Source of the DNA: an uncultured Deferribacteres bacterium
GTDB taxonomy: Bacteria; Zhuqueibacterota; Zhuqueibacteria; Zhuqueibacterales; Geothermadaptataceae
Assembly (NCBI GenBank): GCA_964014485.1
Contig: CAXHAT010000216.1
Span: forward strand, 1-12,206
Direction of reading: 5' to 3'
Length of the DNA stretch: 12,206 nt
The notes beneath the pieces were generated by a model that was not told the DNA's origin, searched no databases, and was given only the letters and a program-made list of their open reading frames with translations. Below are positions 7,920-12,206 of the stretch, in pieces. The translations under genes were made by a program, and so were the position numbers. Each line of letters starts with the position of its first letter. Positions within the stretch are counted from its first letter, which is position 1.

Positions 7920-8218
7920 TGAAGCTCTTCGTGAATCACTCGGATTATTTCTTCGTCTGAACGCCCCATATTATATTTTTCTCGAGCGGTCTTGGCGATA
8001 AAGCTGCTGTCAGATTCGAGGCGCTTGATTAAAACTCGCAGGCTGTCTTGCTCCTGACGCAATTGAATCAACTCTTGCGAAAGCTGTTCTTTCTTTTGCT
8101 CGCGCTGGTAGTGTTGCCATAACCCGTAATCTCCCCCGATATACATATAGCAGAGCACGAGTATGCCGACGGTTAGCGCCGCCCAGGTCAGGATTCGTTT
8201 GTTGAGAAATTTCTTCAT
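7916..8218 (-). CDS. ftsB: Septum formation initiator, FtsB/DivIC family
   Basis: Short basic N-terminus, one TM helix, GDYG motif, leucine-zipper coiled coil and FIAKTAREKYNMGRSDEEII (family pattern ExxARexLgmxxxxE). Start moved to ATG 8218 (GAGG RBS). Its stop overlaps the DUF502 start by 4 bp (ATGA). Confidence 0.85.
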   Translation of the reverse strand: MKKFLNKRILTWAALTVGILVLCYMYIGGDYGLWQHYQREQKKEQLSQELIQLRQEQDSLRVLIKRLESDSSFIAKTAREKYNMGRSDEEIIRVIHEELQ

Positions 8219-8286
8219 TGTTTTCCTCAAAACCGCACATTTTTTAAGAACGGCTGAATCTAATAAAAAAAAACATGTAAGGTAAG

Positions 8287-8315
8287 AAAAAATTGACAGT
8301 TTCGAATGTTGTCAA
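8287..8315 (-). terminator. Possible weak intrinsic terminator (or operator) between the DUF92 fusion gene and ftsB
   Basis: Minus strand reads TTGACA-acattcgaaac-TGTCAA-TTTTTT. The stem is only 6 bp and AT-rich. Confidence 0.35.
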
Positions 8316-8378
8316 AAGCGCTGTTTCTGAGCCAATGCATCCCGGTTAATATCACCGAAGCGGTCAGGCTGGACGGCG

Positions 8379-9839
8379 TTAAACGAACGCGCCAAAATGA
8401 GCCGCCATCACAACGAGTGCGCCAAACGCCGTGCATAACATATTTACTGCGTCGTTATCCATCCACCTCCAGCCGGAGCTATGGATCGTTGTTTCTCCGC
8501 AATGCGTCGCTCTTTCAGTCATTCGCCCGCAAGCCGTACAACGTCGTTTATTTTGGAGCGTTGCACCCAAAAAACTGTCCAAAAACTGAGCGGCGATTCC
8601 CGCGAAAACTACCCAAGCTAATGCGAAGCCGTCCAACTGCGGGTACATGACAACGCCGGAAAACGCGATCACCGAAGCGCCTAAAAAAGCGCCCATTGTT
8701 CCGGCAAAGGTGACTCCGCCCGAAGCGCCGGTTGGCACAGGCTTAAGAGTCAAAATTGAGCGCGGCTTATCTGAGAAAATCATGCCGATTTCCGTCGCCC
8801 AGGTGTCTGCGGTCGCCGCCGCAACAGCTCCGAGAAATATCAAAAAAGACAGTTCAAAATCGAGAAAGGGCGCTGACAGCGCGATAAGGGCAGGGGCCAA
8901 CCCGTTGGCAAAAACCTGCTTCACATCCCGTCGTCCGCCTTTCTCCGCAATTTCATCATTTCCCTTTAGGCGCTCTTTTAGTTTTGAGAGCAGGCTGGAC
9001 AGCACAAAAAACAAAAGAATCGGAATAGTAAAAGTGCTTCCTCCCGCCCCGAAAATAAATACGCCGATCAGAAACGCGCCCAAAGCTCCGCTCAAATCGA
9101 GAAATCTTGCGAAGTATCCGCCGCTCGCTGCGATTGCCGCGAGAAAAGTACCGACAAAAAACGAATTCTGCGTTTCCGGCGAATAGGCGAAATACAAACT
9201 GGCTGCAACAAAGAGCGGCGCGGTCAGATTATCCGACCCTTTCCAGGAAAGCAATTCAATCGCCGTGGCAATCCCGGCGATTGTAAATGAGGCAAGAATC
9301 GCCGGCGCCCATTCAGTCTCAAAAAAGCGCGAGCCGATCAAAAGAATGATGAATGAGGCGACAAACATTGCAAAGGCGCCGCGTTGCGATTTGCGGTCCC
9401 ACGGCAATTTCAGCACGCCGGATTCCGGCGACGTAACCCCAATAGTTCCTGCAACCGGGTCGGCGAAAGCCATGATTGCGAACGAGAGAAAGAGAATATT
9501 TTTTTGCTCATCCCAAAAGGCCAAAAGCAAAATCATGAACGCCAGCGGGTAATAAGCCGTGCCCCACGACGCGCGCTTTGTGAAGTTGTAGGAAGCCAAA
9601 TGTTTGCGGCGAATCGCCCAAAAATTTAACAGAAAAAATACGCTTGAGATTGCGAGCAACGGCCATTTTGAGTGAAAGAGAAGCGGTGTGAGCATGATCG
9701 CCGCGCCGGTTGTAACATGAACAGCTTTTCGTATACTTTCATTTTTGTCCGGCGCGGCTTTGTATATTTTTTCAGAAATAAAAACGAGGAGCAACAATCC
9801 GGCGAAAAAAAACGCCCCAAAAATCCAATCTGAAGTCAT
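8379..9839 (-). CDS. Fusion of a phytol/dolichol-kinase-like domain (cytidylyltransferase superfamily, COG0170) and a DUF92/TMEM19 domain (COG1836)
   Basis: N-half has RKAVHVTTG, SWGTAYYPL, MAFADPVAGTIG, KSQRG and IELLSWKGSDNLTAP (polyprenol kinase motifs). C-half has LDLSGA, FFVLSSLLSK, GGRRDVKQVFANG, AAATADTWATEIG, VPTGASGGVTFAG, LDSFLGATLQ and MDNDAVN (DUF92 motifs). Confidence 0.9.
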   Translation of the reverse strand: MTSDWIFGAFFFAGLLLLVFISEKIYKAAPDKNESIRKAVHVTTGAAIMLTPLLFHSKWPLLAISSVFFLLNFWAIRRKHLASYNFTKRASWGTAYYPLAFMILLLAFWDEQKNILFLSFAIMAFADPVAGTIGVTSPESGVLKLPWDRKSQRGAFAMFVASFIILLIGSRFFETEWAPAILASFTIAGIATAIELLSWKGSDNLTAPLFVAASLYFAYSPETQNSFFVGTFLAAIAASGGYFARFLDLSGALGAFLIGVFIFGAGGSTFTIPILLFFVLSSLLSKLKERLKGNDEIAEKGGRRDVKQVFANGLAPALIALSAPFLDFELSFLIFLGAVAAATADTWATEIGMIFSDKPRSILTLKPVPTGASGGVTFAGTMGAFLGASVIAFSGVVMYPQLDGFALAWVVFAGIAAQFLDSFLGATLQNKRRCTACGRMTERATHCGETTIHSSGWRWMDNDAVNMLCTAFGALVVMAAHFGAFV

Positions 9840-10238
9840 TTCGATCTCATTCTACGCGTAGCCCCGAGTTTTACGAACGCCCGCCGTTTGCCAGCGAGCT
9901 TCTCATATTCAAAGGCCTGACGATATGGAAAGAATCTGTCAGACCAAAACGATTGAGCGCAAAATCTTCAATTGTGTCATGAGAGATAAACGCATCGCTT
10001 CGCTCAAATCTCCCACAGCCTTTGCTGACTACGTTCGCTCACAGAATATCCAGATCGAGTTAGTCTGATTAATTCAGGTTAGATCAATTTTACAAAAAAA
10101 GGCCGGAGGCGCAGAAGCTGCAAGCAGTCAAAGCAACAAAATAAACTTCGCGAGTGTAGCTTTTGATTTACAGCGCGATGCCTTGCGTTTGCAATTCACT
10201 CTTTTGAATCCGTTCAAAAAGCCGCGAGCGCACTATCT

Positions 10239-11777
10239 TCAATCTTTTCCGGAAATTCTGTTTCTCAATGCCGCCCGCGCCTTGTCGTCGTTTTCCGCCA
10301 AGCGGTAGACCAAGCCGTAGAGCGCTTCGGGTTGTTTGGGAGAGGTAAAAAAGGACACGGCGGTCGTGATGATCACCGCGGCGACAAATGACCACCAGGA
10401 GATATAAAGGAAAGGGTCTTCAATGGTAAAAAAAGACGTTCTGAACTGAAAGAGAAGCGCGGAAACGCTGATTCCGCCCGCAAGACCAAAAAGTCCGCCC
10501 CACTGCGTCGTTCGTTTCCAAAACATTCCCAGCAACAGGATCGCCAAGATCGGCCCTTGGAAAAAGGAAAGAAAAGTTTGAACGGCGACATACATGCCCT
10601 CGAAAGAACTGCTTACCGGAGCGGTGATGACGCCCAGCGCGAGCAAAACAATTGTCGCAACGCGCCCGACCAGTAGATAATGCTGATCCGACGCCTCTTT
10701 TTTTAAAAAGCGCTGATAGACGTCTTTTGTCCACATGGTCGCAGTGGAATTGAGCGTGGAATCGACGCTGGACATTAGCCCGGCAAAAAACGCCGCGAAC
10801 AACAAACCGGCCAAGCCGGGCGGCAGCAGGCTTCGAATCATCGTCGGCACGGCTTGGTCGCCGTCGTCAAGCCCCGGCGCCAGAATAATGGCGATAAGAC
10901 CTGGAAAGATGACAAGAACCGGGATGAACATTTTCAAAAAAGCGCCCCAGAGCATACTGGCTTTGGCGTGCCATTCATTCTTGGCTCCCAGACAACGTTG
11001 CACAATCGTCTGGTTGCCGATCCAGTAAGCGTTGGCCAGCACGAAGGTCAAGCCGAAGAGAATTCCCGTCCACGGGTAGGGCGTTTTGGTGTCGGTCGGC
11101 AGAATCAGATTGAAATGGTTTTCATAACCTTCGCCCTTTGCATGAATTTTTTCCATCAAGCCGTCCCAGCCGCCAACTTCGACCAAGCCTAAAATCAGAA
11201 GCGCGGCGGCGCCGACGTACATGATGATCATTTGCACGACGTCTGTCATTACCACGGCAGCCAAGCCGCCAAAAATTGTGTAGAGCCCGACCACGCCTGC
11301 GGTGATCAAAATGGAAAAACCGATTTCCCAGCCCATGAGCGTTTTTAGCAGCACTGCGCTGGCCCAAAATACGATTCCTAAATTGAAGGCAAGAAAAACG
11401 ATCCACGTCAGCGCCGCCAAAAGCCGGACGCCATCGTTATATCGCCGCCCCAGATATTCGGGAATCGTATAAACTCCGGCGCGCCAATAATAAGGCACGA
11501 AGACGAATGCCGCGAGAATCATCCCCGGTACTGAGCCTAACCAGTCAAAATTGGCTACCGCAATGCCGTAACGGTATGCTTGGCCCGCAGTACCGACAAA
11601 ATCGACCGCACCGATGTCTGAAACCACCAGGGACATGCCAATCGCCCAAAACGGCATCATCCGACCGCCAAGAAAATAATCTCTTGAAGAATGAACAAAT
11701 CTTCGAAAATAAAAGCCTAAAACCAGGACGCCGCCCAAATAGGCGATGACGATAAAATAGTCAATTCCCGCCAGCAC
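10239..11777 (-). CDS. Sodium:solute symporter (SSS/SLC5 family), sugar/polyol-type
   Basis: DYFLGGR, YTIPEYLGRRY, YTIFGGLAAVVMTDVVQ, YWIGNQTIVQRCL and Na2-site AGLMSSVDSTLNS, with about 13-14 hydrophobic segments. GTG 11777 is preferred as start (GGAG 8 nt upstream). TTG 11792 is the alternative. Confidence 0.94.
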   Translation of the reverse strand: MLAGIDYFIVIAYLGGVLVLGFYFRRFVHSSRDYFLGGRMMPFWAIGMSLVVSDIGAVDFVGTAGQAYRYGIAVANFDWLGSVPGMILAAFVFVPYYWRAGVYTIPEYLGRRYNDGVRLLAALTWIVFLAFNLGIVFWASAVLLKTLMGWEIGFSILITAGVVGLYTIFGGLAAVVMTDVVQMIIMYVGAAALLILGLVEVGGWDGLMEKIHAKGEGYENHFNLILPTDTKTPYPWTGILFGLTFVLANAYWIGNQTIVQRCLGAKNEWHAKASMLWGAFLKMFIPVLVIFPGLIAIILAPGLDDGDQAVPTMIRSLLPPGLAGLLFAAFFAGLMSSVDSTLNSTATMWTKDVYQRFLKKEASDQHYLLVGRVATIVLLALGVITAPVSSSFEGMYVAVQTFLSFFQGPILAILLLGMFWKRTTQWGGLFGLAGGISVSALLFQFRTSFFTIEDPFLYISWWSFVAAVIITTAVSFFTSPKQPEALYGLVYRLAENDDKARAALRNRISGKD

Positions 11778-11927
11778 GCTTTTCGCTCCCAAACGCCTTG
11801 CTTAAATCGGTTTTTCTTGTTTGATTTTGCGGTTTGAAATTAGAAATTCCCCGCTTTCATGAAAGTCAGGTGAAACGAAAAATGAAACGACGGCTCGGGT
11901 TCCAAAATACTCGATGGTTCGATAAAG

Positions 11928-12206
11928 CCGACATTCCGCACGTCAATCGGCGCATTTGAAATCATTATGCTTTTTCAACGATTTTGGCTTGTTTGCAAGA
12001 AACTTGCGCGCCTGATTTGATTCTCTTTCTCATTAGCCCCGGCTTTCAAGCCGGGGTTCTTGGTAAAACCACTTCCATTTTTTCCCCGCCGCACAGGTGC
12101 GGCGGGGAGAAGACGGGAAATGACGCTTTTGTCACCGCCCTGAAGGACGGTGCTAATGAGAAAAGGAAATTGTCTGTATTTCCAATTCTCGTGTGCGGAA
12201 TGTCGG
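11928..12206. repeat. Perfect 14-bp inverted repeat pair whose right copy runs to the window end
   Basis: CCGACATTCCGCAC (11928-11941) is the exact reverse complement of GTGCGGAATGTCGG (12193-12206). Confidence 0.7.
12021..12168. repeat. REP-doublet (REPIN-like) miniature palindromic element with a central hairpin
   Basis: Perfect 12-bp outer inverted repeat TTTCTCATTAGC (12026-12037) / GCTAATGAGAAA (12152-12163). Each arm continues into its own hairpin: CCCCGGCTT-tc-AAGCCGGGG at 12037-12056 and CACCGCCC-tgaa-GGACGGTG at 12133-12152. A central perfect hairpin TCCCCGCCGCAC-ag-GTGCGGCGGGGA spans 12083-12108. Confidence 0.75.

Noticed and set aside
8306..9629. Chain of plus-strand ORFs (114, 179, 95 and 81 aa) with abutting ends
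   Set aside because: Antisense to the kinase-DUF92 gene. The K/N/P/A/I-rich composition is typical of the reverse complement of membrane-protein codons.
10094..10121. GCCTCCGGCC (minus strand) resembling part of a c-di-GMP-I riboswitch, or a terminator before T7
   Set aside because: The GCAAA and GNRA-loop/receptor elements of the riboswitch are absent, and the stem next to the T-tract is only about 3 bp.
10168..10395. 75-aa minus-strand ORF overlapping the symporter 3' end
   Set aside because: Mostly an alternative frame of the symporter, with no RBS or recognisable features.
11840..11965. Short ORFs upstream of the symporter (41 aa minus; 25 aa plus from 11882)
   Set aside because: Both overlap repeat/palindromic DNA, are of chance-expected length and show no leader-peptide signature.
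12021..12168. CRISPR array, tRNA or simple terminator reading of the hairpin cluster
   Set aside because: The repeats are inverted rather than direct and regularly spaced, there is no cloverleaf or T-loop consensus, no gene ends immediately beside it, and the two-arm symmetry exceeds what a terminator needs.

Overview
Bacterial contig segment, probably metagenomic. Bases 1-47 are not biological: they are an untrimmed Illumina Nextera i5 adapter (P5 tail CTACAC + 8-nt index + TCGTCGGCAGCGTC + Tn5 mosaic end). The rest holds ten co-oriented minus-strand genes. In transcription order (right to left): a sodium:solute symporter; a phytol/dolichol-kinase-like + DUF92 fusion membrane protein; an FtsB/DivIC septum initiator; a DUF502 protein; a 630-aa probable outer-membrane beta-barrel; an RsbW-like anti-sigma/Ser kinase; a multi-TM sensor-GAF-PP2C (SpoIIE/RsbU-like) phosphatase; a lipoprotein of the PQQ-dependent sugar/sorbosone dehydrogenase family; an ArsN2-like GNAT acetyltransferase; and a RimK/DcsG-like ATP-grasp ligase that the ORF track misses and the adapter truncates. 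The right-hand non-coding end contains a highly structured REP-doublet (REPIN-like) element of about 145 bp, enclosed by a second perfect 14-bp inverted repeat that runs to the last base. The gene content suggests a diderm, possibly FCB-group, organism (inference only). I see no CRISPR array, tRNA, rRNA or transposase gene. The best leads are the ftsB-DUF502-barrel-RsbW-PP2C cluster, the nested repeat element and the kinase-DUF92 fusion. Family assignments come from motif recognition, not database searches.
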